DNA of 64,000 nucleotides from an uncultured delta proteobacterium. Lineage in GTDB: Bacteria > Desulfobacterota > Binatia > UBA9968. The notes under the pieces were generated by a model. The model was not told the DNA's origin. It did no database searches and worked only from the letters and a program-made list of their open reading frames with translations. A program made the translations under genes and the position numbers. The DNA lies in NCBI GenBank assembly GCA_963771465.1, contig CAVYTU010000014.1:672001-736000 (forward strand), in the 5' to 3' direction. Of the stretch, positions 20,367 through 29,484 are shown piece by piece (positions within the stretch are counted from its first letter, which is position 1; each line of letters starts with the position of its first letter).

Positions 20367-20762
20367 TCGATGCAGTTTGCGATTCTCTTCGGGTGAATTC
20401 TACGAATTGACCCGCTCACCGCAGCAAGGTTCAATCGAATTTCTAACGGGTGAGCATTCCCGTGCGCGATACTTTTAATTGTTTTTTGGACGGCAAGTTG
20501 TGGCGATCGTGATCAATCGACACGCCATGGTTCCAGGGTGATCCGTTTGAGTTAAGACCGTCGAGTTGAGCGTCCTGCCAAAATTCCTAACGCAAGGAGG
20601 CTGATAAATATGCTATCGGTGATTCTACTACGCCGTTGTGCCGGTAGAACTCGTAAAGCCCAAAAGCCTATGATGATGCTCTCTGCCACGCCAAGCATAG
20701 TTTCTTCCTTATTGAACTCCGTCATCCGGGCACAGCCCTTTTTAATATTTAGTGATCCAGAC

Positions 20763-21134
20763 CTATAATTCCCCTGAGTTGCGGAAAGATATCGACGTTA
20801 GTAGCGCCTTCAACTCCTCGTCTTCGGGATTTACATATAGGCGCGTATTGGAGCTTTCCTGGTTGACCACGGCATAACCTGCGCGGTGTTCAAGCTCGCA
20901 GTCAGTTGCACTGCAAGTCGCAGCGAAAATAACTGCGGCCATGAGCTGTTCGTCGGGGTTGACAAAAATCATCGCGACGTAGCGCTCCGAGATACGCGTC
21001 AAGCTGCTGGGAAGCGGCGTGAAGTTATCGAGCAATTGCCAAGGATCCTGCGCTCCGAGACTGAGCGTGGGCATTAAACCGAGCGAGAGCGAAAGAATGA
21101 TTGCACGAAAATATTTTTTCCATCTCGATTTCAT
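20763..21134 (-). CDS. Hypothetical exported protein with a Cx4C pair
   Basis: AAGGAGG RBS before MKSRWKKYF; signal-peptide-like N-terminus. Confidence 0.65.
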   Translation of the reverse strand: MKSRWKKYFRAIILSLSLGLMPTLSLGAQDPWQLLDNFTPLPSSLTRISERYVAMIFVNPDEQLMAAVIFAATCSATDCELEHRAGYAVVNQESSNTRLYVNPEDEELKALLTSISFRNSGEL

Positions 21135-21331
21135 GGGACCTCCTTGTGATCTATCGGGCACAGAATTCGGCATACCGACGAAAACGTTCGCCGCCACTTT
21201 GCTGTTCGCTTGAACGCAATTCCGCGTCAGCCGCTAGTTGACTAGGGTGATGGAATCTGACTATTGCCGTTACTTGTAAAAGAGTTATCGACGATGCGAC
21301 TTTTAAGGGCTTGTCTCATATGGGATATTTG

Positions 21332-21347
21332 AGCAAGCTCTGTACCA
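21332..21347 (-). promoter_or_regulatory. Sigma54 (-24/-12) promoter
   Basis: TGGTAC-AGAGC-TTGCT; one mismatch to TGGCAC-N5-TTGCW. Confidence 0.65.
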
Positions 21348-21394
21348 CGTTGGACAGACTGAACCGAGCTACCGGTAATTAAAGCGAATTTGAA

Positions 21395-21598
21395 CTACCT
21401 TTCGGTTCTAACGATATTCTTCGTGTAGGCGATTTCCTGATAAACGACTGGGATTCGAAGGATTTTCTTACTGACTCTGATCCACGGACCATTCGGTGGT
21501 GTTATCGTGTAAACACCACCGATGATGGTCGCCAAGAACAGCGTAAATAATGATCCGCCAACGGCCCAGACAAATTTTTCAATCAGCTTCGCGTTCAC
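21395..21598 (-). CDS. Possible small single-TM protein
   Basis: GTG start, VNAKLIEKFVWAVGGSLFTLFLATIIGGVY; non-overlapping part of ORF 21395-21766. Confidence 0.4.
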   Translation of the reverse strand: MNAKLIEKFVWAVGGSLFTLFLATIIGGVYTITPPNGPWIRVSKKILRIPVVYQEIAYTKNIVRTER

Positions 21599-21635
21599 AG
21601 GCGACGGCTTCACCGCTTGAATCGCGTCGGGGCAA

Positions 21636-21992
21636 TTAGTATTCACCGGTTTGACGCTGCAGGCGCTGAATATCCTGACGGTTACGATTGATCTCGGCCT
21701 GGTTGCGATTGATCTGCTGCTGTTGCTGATAGTTTGTATTCTCGTGACCCTGCAGCTGATCACCAATCAGTGCGCCGGCGCCGAGACCCAGCGCACCGCC
21801 GATCAAAGCGCCGGCTGCGGGACGCCGTACCGCCGCGCCGATGATGCCGCCGGCGGCAGCGCCGCCCAGGGCGCCGATGCCGGCGCCTTTCTCGCGTGTG
21901 CTTAGGGGACCCCCGGAGCAACCTGACAACAATAATATGCTGGCGATCGCCGTGACTCCGACTCCCTTAACAAATATTTTTTTCGTGACCAT
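21636..21992 (-). CDS. Glycine-zipper lipoprotein with a Gln/Asn-rich coiled-coil tail
   Basis: GGAGG RBS, lipobox LSGC, GAGIGALGGAAAGGIIG...GALIGGALGLGAGALIG. Confidence 0.88.
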   Translation of the reverse strand: MVTKKIFVKGVGVTAIASILLLSGCSGGPLSTREKGAGIGALGGAAAGGIIGAAVRRPAAGALIGGALGLGAGALIGDQLQGHENTNYQQQQQINRNQAEINRNRQDIQRLQRQTGEY

Positions 21993-22017
21993 AATTCCTC
22001 CCCTTTTGCTCACCCCG

Positions 22018-22311
22018 TTAAAACTTTTTTTCCTTGTCGTCGTGCTTTGTTTTGGCCTGAGTGCGCTGGGTCGATCGCCTGCGTTGATCCTTCATGGCTT
22101 TTCGCTCCTCGGCGCGGATCCAACCCCGTTCTGGATCAGCCGACCATTGAGCGTTGCTGTTGGCCGCCGCTTTGCCGGCCATGTGCCCCATGGCCCGCCC
22201 GCCGTGATTGCCACCAGCGCCGTGCGCCTGAGCAGCTTCGCCGTGCGCGGGTAACCCGACAAGTAGGCAGCTGGCGATCATCGTCAATGCGGTGTAATTG
22301 GCGAACTTCAT
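22018..22311 (-). CDS. Small exported Gly/His/Met-rich protein with a basic tail
   Basis: Signal peptide, then GAGGNHGGRAMGHM...NSNAQWSADPERG. Confidence 0.65.
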   Translation of the reverse strand: MKFANYTALTMIASCLLVGLPAHGEAAQAHGAGGNHGGRAMGHMAGKAAANSNAQWSADPERGWIRAEERKAMKDQRRRSTQRTQAKTKHDDKEKKF

Positions 22312-22324
22312 ACAATTCGTTTGG

Positions 22325-22480
22325 TTAACGCTTGATAGTCTCTACGCTCGTGCCGGCAGTCTTATCGATCGCGAATGACGCATCGAGCGGCGCCAGTTTG
22401 ACTTTAGCGATGTTCTGATTGACACAGCGCGCCATCTCCGCCAAAAGCGCCATGATTGCCAGGCAGTTCGGTGCTTCCAT
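22325..22480 (-). CDS. Small hypothetical protein (51 aa), first gene after the sigma54 promoter
   Basis: AAGGAG RBS before MEAPNCLAIM. Confidence 0.45.
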   Translation of the reverse strand: MEAPNCLAIMALLAEMARCVNQNIAKVKLAPLDASFAIDKTAGTSVETIKR

Positions 22481-22547
22481 GAATTTATTCTCCTTGGTTT
22501 TGGACTTTTTGCTTTTCCATCGCCAGATGCTTTGTGACAATTCTTAG

Positions 22548-22563
22548 AGCAACCCCAGTGCCA
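22548..22563 (-). promoter_or_regulatory. Sigma54 (-24/-12) promoter, exact consensus
   Basis: TGGCAC-TGGGG-TTGCT, directly downstream of a sigma54 activator gene. Confidence 0.85.
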
Positions 22564-22833
22564 GACTGAATTGCTGCGATTCTAAATAGTTACGCTCTTA
22601 CGTCGCAGACGACGACCGGTAAAAAAGTCGAGCGGGCGGGAGAAATTACGGGTAGTTATTACGACAGGTTGGTCGGTCGCGAATGGTCAATCGAATTGAC
22701 GTAAGCGTAAAATAAATCTCAATACGCTTGCGGCTAGGTTAAGCCCAAACGCTCACGTGGGATGACTAAACTGGAGATGAGAACATTTAATCAAGCGTTA
22801 CGTGAGCGGTGCAAGAACGATTTATGGGGCGCG

Positions 22834-24189
22834 TTATTCTTTTGAATAGAGTGCCAGCTTGGCGTTGAGAGTCTTGGGCGTGATGCCTAAGAGCTGCGCG
22901 GCTTGAGTTTTGTTGCCCGCCGTCGCGCCGAGGGCGCGTTCGATCGCTTGGCGCTCGGCTTCGGCGAGTGACATGGGCGCAAGATCGGAAACCTCTTGGA
23001 CTAAAGTTGAGAGACAATACTGCTTGAAATCGGCCGCGGTCAAATCCGGTCCTGTGGTTAAAACGGTGAGCCGCTCCATGGCATTCCGCAACTCGCGCAC
23101 GTTGCCGGGCCAATTATGGCCTTGGAGCGCCGGCGCAAAATCGCCGGCCCAGGTTAACTTCGGGTTTTGATATTTAGCCGCGAAGGATTCGAGAAAATAG
23201 CCGGCGAGAAGCGCGATGTCCTCACCGCGTTCCCGCAGCGGCGGCAGTTCGAGATGAAAAACATTCAAACGGTAAAAAAGATCTTGACGCAGCTTGCCAT
23301 CTTTGACGGCGCTTAACGGCTGGCGATTGGTCGCCGCCACCGCGCGCACCGAAACGGGGAAGTTCTTGTTGCCGCCGATGCGCCGCACCTGACCTTCTTC
23401 GAGCACGCGCAAAAATTTCGGCTGCACTTCGAGTGCCATCTCAGTGATCTCGTCGAGGAACAACGTGCCGCCGTCAGCTTGCTCGAAGCAGCCGAGATGG
23501 CGCTCGACTGCGCTGGTAAATGCGCCCTTCTCGTGGCCGAACAGTTCGCTTTCCATCAGCGTCGGCGAGATCGCCGAACAGTTGAGCGCGAGAAAGTTGC
23601 CGTCGCGCCGCGGCGAGAGATCGTGCAGCGTTTGCGCCACCAGTTCCTTGCCCGTGCCGCTCTCGCCGCTTATCAGTACAGCCGCGCTGGTAGCGGCGAT
23701 CTGGCCGATCTGCTGATAAAGCTTGCGCATGGGCACCGACTTGCCGATGAGCGAACCGTAGGAGCCCAGCGGCGATTCAAGTCTTTGGCGTAAAGCTCCG
23801 GCATCCCGGGCGAAGGAGACTTGCTTGAGCGCCTTTTCCAATACTTGGCGCAAGCGCTGCGGTTCCAATGGTTTCGGCAAATAATCGTAGGCACCGAGCT
23901 TGATCGCTTGCACCGCGGTGTCGATGGTGGCTTGGCCGGTGACAAAGATGATCGCGATCTGCTGCACGCGCGCGCCGAGAGCGGCGATAAATTCCAAACC
24001 GTTCATTTCCGGCATCAGCAAATCGGTGACGATGGCGTGGGGCAATTCTTTCTCGCAGGTGGCGAGCGCGGCCTTGCCATCGGCGGCTTCGCCCGCTTGA
24101 TAGCCCCAGCTCTCGAGCAGCGCGGTCAGACCTTGCCGCGTCGCCGCGTCGTCATCGACGATCAGCACGGGTGGGCGTGGACGAGCCAT
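22834..24189 (-). CDS. Sigma54-dependent response regulator (REC-AAA+-Fis HTH; NtrC/AtoC/ZraR family)
   Basis: DLLMP receiver, [37 protein letters not shown]-terminal HTH. Confidence 0.95.
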   Translation of the reverse strand: MARPRPPVLIVDDDAATRQGLTALLESWGYQAGEAADGKAALATCEKELPHAIVTDLLMPEMNGLEFIAALGARVQQIAIIFVTGQATIDTAVQAIKLGAYDYLPKPLEPQRLRQVLEKALKQVSFARDAGALRQRLESPLGSYGSLIGKSVPMRKLYQQIGQIAATSAAVLISGESGTGKELVAQTLHDLSPRRDGNFLALNCSAISPTLMESELFGHEKGAFTSAVERHLGCFEQADGGTLFLDEITEMALEVQPKFLRVLEEGQVRRIGGNKNFPVSVRAVAATNRQPLSAVKDGKLRQDLFYRLNVFHLELPPLRERGEDIALLAGYFLESFAAKYQNPKLTWAGDFAPALQGHNWPGNVRELRNAMERLTVLTTGPDLTAADFKQYCLSTLVQEVSDLAPMSLAEAERQAIERALGATAGNKTQAAQLLGITPKTLNAKLALYSKE

Positions 24190-25731
24190 TTAGAAAGCCG
24201 CTTCCGTCGGCAAAGTCAGGCGAAAAGTGGCGCCGCTGCCATTGCCATTGCGATCTCGATAGACCAATGAACCGCCGTGGGACTCGATGATCAATTGACT
24301 GAGCGGCAAACCGATGCCGCTACCGCCGACCTTGGTCGTTTTGCCGAACTCAAACATCTCCGCGCGTCGTTCAGGCGGCACGCCCGGGCCGGCATCGCTG
24401 ATGTCGACGGTCAATTGATTGCCGACAGACTTCACCGCGACGTGAATCTCGCCGCCGTCGGGTTGCGCTTCCATGGCGTTACGGAGCAAATTATCGAAAG
24501 TTTGGCGCAGCCGCGTGGCGTCGCCTTGCAGTTGCCACGGGCCGGGCACGAGTTCTTTGCTGAGGTTGATTTTCTTCGCCGCGCAGGCCGAGCCGACGGC
24601 TTCCAAGCTGGTGTGCAGCACTTGGGCAACGTCGATCGATTTCCGTTCCATCGTCACCGGTGCGGAATAGTCGGTGAAGTCCTTGACCAAGCGGTCGACC
24701 TGGCGAATGCTCGAGTCGAGCGCGGCGATGGAGCGTTGCGATTGGTCATCGCTGCCATTCGTCTCATCTTCACCGCTGAGTTTGCCGCGCAGAACTTCCA
24801 AATGAATTGCCAATGCGTTAAGCGGCGTCTTCACTTCGTGGGCAAGCGTGCGGGCGGCGATCGCCAGTCTTTGCACCGGCGCGGGGAGGCCGACGTTTTT
24901 GCGCTGCTTCATGACCAAGCGGTCGATCAAGTCCAAACTGGCGCCGACTTCGTCATGGCTAGCGTATTGAGGCCGCGCCGCATAGGTTCCCGCTTCGGCT
25001 TGGCGCAAGGTGTCGCTGATCAATCGAAAGCGGCGCGTGTAAAGCGCCGTGGTTAGGAATGCCGCGATCAGCGCAACGCCGCCGCCAAGAACAAACAGCA
25101 AAGTGAGTTGGCGCCACAGACCGGCGAGCAGACCGGTCCAGTCGGCGGGATTGACCCACAGGCGCAGGCCGCCGGGGCCGCGCACGCCCTTGGGCATCTG
25201 CAAGGGCACCCAGATATCATAGGCCGTGCCCTTGCCCTGGGGCTTCGAATCAATGATCGTCTCGCCGCTCCGAAGCTTGTCCATGATAATCTCGCTGACC
25301 GGCTTATAGTTTCGCTCACCTGGCACTGATGTATAGAGTAAAGCGCCCTCGGCATTGACCACCCACATCGCTTCGATACTGGCGCTGCGGTCGACGAACG
25401 CCTGCATCAGTCCTCTGACTTCGGTTTGGCGCGACGGCGTGTAGCGGGTGACGGCCGGTTCAGGATCGCTACGATTGGGAAAGACATTGCCGAGAAAACT
25501 CCAGAAAGAAGCCGAACTGCGCTGCGTCCCTTGAGGCTGGACGACAATGGAGCGCTCGCGCAAGCTGTCGGCGAGGGCGATCTCGACCTGGCGCGCCATT
25601 AAGAGCGCGGTTTGCAGGGTCGCTTCGGTGGTGAGGCGCTGAGCGATCAGCCAGATGCCGGCGCCGAGGATGCCGAAGATAAGCAATACGGTGGCGCAAA
25701 AAACCGCGACTTGTTGCTGGCGCAGGCTCAT
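24190..25731 (-). CDS. Sensor histidine kinase (2 TM, periplasmic domain, HAMP-like linker)
   Basis: LAHEVKTPL, NLLRNA, DAGPG, GSGIGL. Confidence 0.92.
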   Translation of the reverse strand: MSLRQQQVAVFCATVLLIFGILGAGIWLIAQRLTTEATLQTALLMARQVEIALADSLRERSIVVQPQGTQRSSASFWSFLGNVFPNRSDPEPAVTRYTPSRQTEVRGLMQAFVDRSASIEAMWVVNAEGALLYTSVPGERNYKPVSEIIMDKLRSGETIIDSKPQGKGTAYDIWVPLQMPKGVRGPGGLRLWVNPADWTGLLAGLWRQLTLLFVLGGGVALIAAFLTTALYTRRFRLISDTLRQAEAGTYAARPQYASHDEVGASLDLIDRLVMKQRKNVGLPAPVQRLAIAARTLAHEVKTPLNALAIHLEVLRGKLSGEDETNGSDDQSQRSIAALDSSIRQVDRLVKDFTDYSAPVTMERKSIDVAQVLHTSLEAVGSACAAKKINLSKELVPGPWQLQGDATRLRQTFDNLLRNAMEAQPDGGEIHVAVKSVGNQLTVDISDAGPGVPPERRAEMFEFGKTTKVGGSGIGLPLSQLIIESHGGSLVYRDRNGNGSGATFRLTLPTEAAF

Positions 25732-25832
25732 GGGCGCATAGGATAGCAGATCGGCAATTTGCCGGCAAAGTTAGGATTTTCCGCCAGAGGAGCTGGGTTG
25801 AACCCCCTATCCCTTTGTTGCATAGTTGATTT

Positions 25833-26843
25833 ATGTTAGTCGACACGCTTCAACGGCCGGTCAAGGACTTACGAATCTCGGTCACCGACCGGTGTAACTT
25901 CCGCTGCACCTATTGCATGCCCTTGGACGAGTACGAGTGGATCGATAAACGGGAGATTTTGACCTTCGAAGAGATCACCCGATTAGCCAAACTGTTTATC
26001 CAATGCGGCGTGGAAAAGATTCGCCTGACCGGCGGCGAACCGTTGGTGCGTCAGGATTTGGATCATTTGGTCGAAAAACTTGCCGCCCTCGATGGCCTTA
26101 AAGACCTCTGTCTTACCACCAATGGCGCGCTCCTGGCCGAACGGATCGGCGCGCTTAAACGGGCGGGTTTGCGGCGCGTTAACGTCAGCATCGATACTTT
26201 GGACGCCGACAAATTCAAGCGCATGACCAAACGCGGCGATCTAAACAAGGTGCTCGACGGCATCTTCGCCGCCAAGGCGGCCGGGCTTAAGCCGATCAAG
26301 TTAAATGCCGTTGTCGAGCGCGGCGTCAATGACGATGATATTTTGCCCCTGGTCGAGTTTTCCCGCGAGCATGGTTTCGCCATGCGCTTCATCGAGTACA
26401 TGGACGTTGGCAACGCCAACAAATGGACCTCGGCGAAACTAGTTTCAAAGAAAGAAATTATCGCAAAGATCGCCGCGCGCTATCCGCTCAAGGAAATCGG
26501 CCGCGATCAAGGCAGCGCGCCGTCGGTGGATTACGAATTTGTCGACGGCCAGGGCGATATCGGTGTGATCGCCTCGGTGACCGAGCCGTTTTGCTCGAGC
26601 TGTACGCGCGCGCGGGTTACCGCCGATGGTAGGATCGTGACTTGCCTGTTTTCCGACGTCGGCCACGATGTCAAGGCCAAGCTTCGAGCCGGCGCGACGG
26701 ACGCGGACATCGCCGATTTCATCGCCAACATCTGGCGCAACCGAACCGACCGTTATTCGGCGCAGCGTTTAGAAGCGCTCAATACTTCGACCTACGATCC
26801 CAAGAGCCACAAGAAAATCGAAATGATTTCGCTCGGCGGCTGA
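25833..26843 (+). CDS. moaA: GTP 3',8-cyclase MoaA
   Basis: LRISVTDRCNFRCTYC, C-terminal CxxC...C, ends in GG. Confidence 0.96.
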   Translation: MLVDTLQRPVKDLRISVTDRCNFRCTYCMPLDEYEWIDKREILTFEEITRLAKLFIQCGVEKIRLTGGEPLVRQDLDHLVEKLAALDGLKDLCLTTNGALLAERIGALKRAGLRRVNVSIDTLDADKFKRMTKRGDLNKVLDGIFAAKAAGLKPIKLNAVVERGVNDDDILPLVEFSREHGFAMRFIEYMDVGNANKWTSAKLVSKKEIIAKIAARYPLKEIGRDQGSAPSVDYEFVDGQGDIGVIASVTEPFCSSCTRARVTADGRIVTCLFSDVGHDVKAKLRAGATDADIADFIANIWRNRTDRYSAQRLEALNTSTYDPKSHKKIEMISLGG

Positions 26844-26868
26844 TCGAGTCCGCGGCGTCGACCTCGAT

Positions 26869-27147
26869 TTACGGCAGCAGGCCGCGCCGCGCTAAGCTTG
26901 CGCGCTGTTCGGCGGTGAGATTGTCCATACGGACATAGCCGCGATCTTCGTAAGTGCGACTGCAGTTTTCAACGAATGAGCCGCTAAAGCTTGCACCGAA
27001 TCCAACGCCGCTCGCACTGCAATCCGCGGTGGCGCCGCTTCCGGGATGGATCATGTTAATCCCTTGGCTTGAACAGCCTGACAGCGTGGCGAAAATGATT
27101 ATCAATGAAAAAAAATAACAGTTGAGACGCCCATGTGAAATCGTCAT
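26869..27147 (-). CDS. Small hypothetical lipoprotein
   Basis: Lipobox LSGC, two further Cys, GGAGG RBS. Confidence 0.7.
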   Translation of the reverse strand: MTISHGRLNCYFFSLIIIFATLSGCSSQGINMIHPGSGATADCSASGVGFGASFSGSFVENCSRTYEDRGYVRMDNLTAEQRASLARRGLLP

Positions 27148-27333
27148 CGGTCCGCCTCCATCTAAAGCGAATTTATTATTTGCATGATTAGACGAATAAG
27201 TTCGATGAGTGGTAACGTTGACTGCTAATTATTGTATTGCAGGCCAATAACATTTGCCATAGCGACAGTGCCGAAGTTTGCCATGGAGTTTTTGCCTACT
27301 GCTCAGCCTCGGCAATAAAGAATTGTACCGTCG

Positions 27334-28542
27334 ATGACGCTTAAGTTGTCCCGCGACGGTTGGTTGCTGCTGGCAACCTGCGGCGTGCGCTCCCTCGCCT
27401 ACGGCTTTCTCTCGGTCATCCTCGGACTCTATCTCGACGCCATCGGTTTGAGCATGACAGCGATCGGTTGGGTTTTCACAGCGGCGCTCGCCGGTGGCGC
27501 AGTGATGACGATGATCATCACGGCGTTCGCCGACAGCTTCGGCCGAAAGTTTTTGCTCATCGTCGGCGCGCTACTGATGGCGCTCGCCGGTTGGGTGTTT
27601 GCCGTCAGCGATAATCCCATCCTGCTCACCATCGCGGCGATCTTTGGCACAATCAGTCCGTCGGGAAAAGAAGTAGGCCCGTTTCTATCTCTCGAGCAAG
27701 CGATCTTGCCGCAGACCACCAGCGATGAACAGCGCACGGCGGTTTTTTCGGCGTACAATCTCGTCGGCTCGTTCGCCGGCGCGCTCGGTGCGTTGGCGGT
27801 CGGCTTACCGTCATTCTTTTCGTTTACGGCGATTGCCGGTTATAAGTTCCTGATTTGGGGTTATATCGCTTCGGCAGGACTGCTTGCGCTCTTGTTCGCG
27901 CTGCTCTCGCCGATGGTGGAGGCCAAAAAGAAAGCCGACTCGGCGACCCGCAATGTTGGCTTGCGAAAATCCCGTGGCATCGTTGCCAAGCTCGCCGGTC
28001 TTTTTGCTCTTGATGCTTTTGCCGGGGCGTTCATAGTGCAAAGCATCGTGGCCTATTGGTTTTTTCTCCGTTACCAAACTGATTTGAGCGCGCTTGGCGG
28101 GATTTTCTTTGGCACAAACATTCTTGCCGCGCTCTCTTTTCTCGCAGCGCCGGCGATCGCGCGCCGGATCGGCTTGCTCAACACCATGGTATTTACCCAC
28201 CTACCCTCCAATTTTCTGATTCTATTGGTACCGCTGATGCCAAACGTTGAATGGGCCATCGCGGTTTTGCTGGTCCGCTACTCGCTGTCGCAATTGGACG
28301 TGCCGACGCGCCAGTCTTACACGATGGCCGTCGTCGATGCCGACGAACGCGCCGCCGCCGCTGGCGTTCTCTCAGTCGCCCGCAACGCCGGCGCCGCGGT
28401 CGCTCCGCTGTTTACCGGTACTATTCTTGCGGTACCGGCGTTAGGCTTGCCGTTTTTGCTGGCTGGCGGAATTAAGGTGATTTACGATTTATGGATTTTT
28501 GCAGTGTTCCGGCATGTGAAGCCGCCGGAGGAGGAGAAGTAG
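27334..28542 (+). CDS. MFS transporter
   Basis: About 12 TM helices, motif A ADSFGRK, SQLDVPTRQSY. Confidence 0.92.
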   Translation: MTLKLSRDGWLLLATCGVRSLAYGFLSVILGLYLDAIGLSMTAIGWVFTAALAGGAVMTMIITAFADSFGRKFLLIVGALLMALAGWVFAVSDNPILLTIAAIFGTISPSGKEVGPFLSLEQAILPQTTSDEQRTAVFSAYNLVGSFAGALGALAVGLPSFFSFTAIAGYKFLIWGYIASAGLLALLFALLSPMVEAKKKADSATRNVGLRKSRGIVAKLAGLFALDAFAGAFIVQSIVAYWFFLRYQTDLSALGGIFFGTNILAALSFLAAPAIARRIGLLNTMVFTHLPSNFLILLVPLMPNVEWAIAVLLVRYSLSQLDVPTRQSYTMAVVDADERAAAAGVLSVARNAGAAVAPLFTGTILAVPALGLPFLLAGGIKVIYDLWIFAVFRHVKPPEEEK

Positions 28543-28605
28543 TTTCGAGGTAACGCGATCGAATTGCAAGAGCGTTTCAATTGGTTCTATGCTGGTCTAG
28601 AGATG

Positions 28606-28823
28606 TTATCCGATAAAGTCGGCCAAAATTTCAGCTAACCGTCGAAAGAAAAAAGTCATTATCGCCGACAGGAATGCACCGATTAGTACACCTGGCCATA
28701 TCGTTTCAAAGTTCAAGCTGAACGTTGAACGATCAGCCCTAGTAAGATCATGCTTGCTAAGCCACCGCCCACAAAACCTATCACCGCAGAGATCAATCGT
28801 GTTTTTATGTTAGCCTGCATCAT
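28606..28823 (-). pseudogene. Possible frameshifted two-TM small protein
   Basis: MMQANIKTRLISAVIGFVGGGLASMILLGLIV continues in a shifted frame as FSLNFETIWPGVLIGAFLSAIMTFFFRRLAEILADFIG*. Confidence 0.4.
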
Positions 28824-28875
28824 GGGTTATGGAAGGCTCTGCGTTATCCTGGAAGTATGCTAATGCTGAATAAAA

Positions 28876-29094
28876 TCAGGCTACGGATCTCCAAGCTAAA
28901 GAGAGTCGTTTGTGTGATGTCGCACAGTCGCGAAGATAGAGATTAATTAGCGTTTGGTACGCTATGCCTGAGTCTCGCGACAAGGCTTTAAAATACGCGA
29001 TCGTCGGTTTGTCCATGCGGATAGATACCTTCGCTTTGAGACGTGCGGCGTAGGGATTCCGACGAGCCTTGGAAAAATCGTATTCTCTTTTCAT
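28876..29094 (-). CDS. BrnA-family antitoxin
   Basis: MKREYDFSKARRNPY...VSIRMD...YFK...YQTLINLYLR; ATGA overlap with the toxin stop. Confidence 0.88.
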   Translation of the reverse strand: MKREYDFSKARRNPYAARLKAKVSIRMDKPTIAYFKALSRDSGIAYQTLINLYLRDCATSHKRLSLAWRSVA

Positions 29095-29387
29095 CTTTTC
29101 CACCTTTGATTGTACGTCCTCTGTTCGGTTCGGGTTGCCTTCCGAGCCGAGATGATCCGTATTATTTCATCGGATTCCCGGTAGCAATGCACAACCACGA
29201 GCATCCTCAAGTTAAAACTAATGCCGAGCAGTAAGAGACGTTCTTCTTCCTCGGAATGCCCGGGGTCGTCTATTAAGAGCGCATGTTCATCAATGAACAC
29301 AGTTTTTGCTTCCTCGAATGAGACGTGGTGATCCCGCAGGTTTTGAGCCACTTTCCGATTGTCTCATGTGAAGCGCAACTCGGCCAT
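29091..29387 (-). pseudogene. BrnT-family toxin with an in-frame TGA at codon 8
   Basis: MAELRFT*DNRKVAQN..DHHVSFEEA...EER...IRIISARKAT; TGA at 29364-29366 sits where the conserved Trp is expected. Confidence 0.85.
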
Positions 29388-29484
29388 CGGTATCCACTAA
29401 CTTCATTCTATTCGTAGATCAAGATTCACTCAAGTGCGAGTCTAAAGCGCCTAAATCAATTCGCAGAGCGCGTGAGCTTCCTGT

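Noticed and set aside
20552-20725. ~57-aa minus-strand ORF (MTEFNKEETMLGVAES...)
   Set aside because: No recognisable motif; cannot be distinguished from a chance ORF
21242-21319. 25-aa ORF starting just after the second sigma54 TSS
   Set aside because: Too short, with no RBS or conservation evidence available
24277-25056. Long antisense ORFs (also 3833-4582, 13082-13711 and many others)
   Set aside because: Shadow frames of GC-rich genes with no protein motifs
27270-27310. Fluoride-riboswitch-like ATGGAGTT...CCTAC
   Set aside because: Lacks the required pairing and spacing
29364-29366. Selenocysteine or TGA-to-Trp recoding in BrnT
   Set aside because: The position is a Trp site rather than Cys, and TGA is an ordinary stop in many genes here
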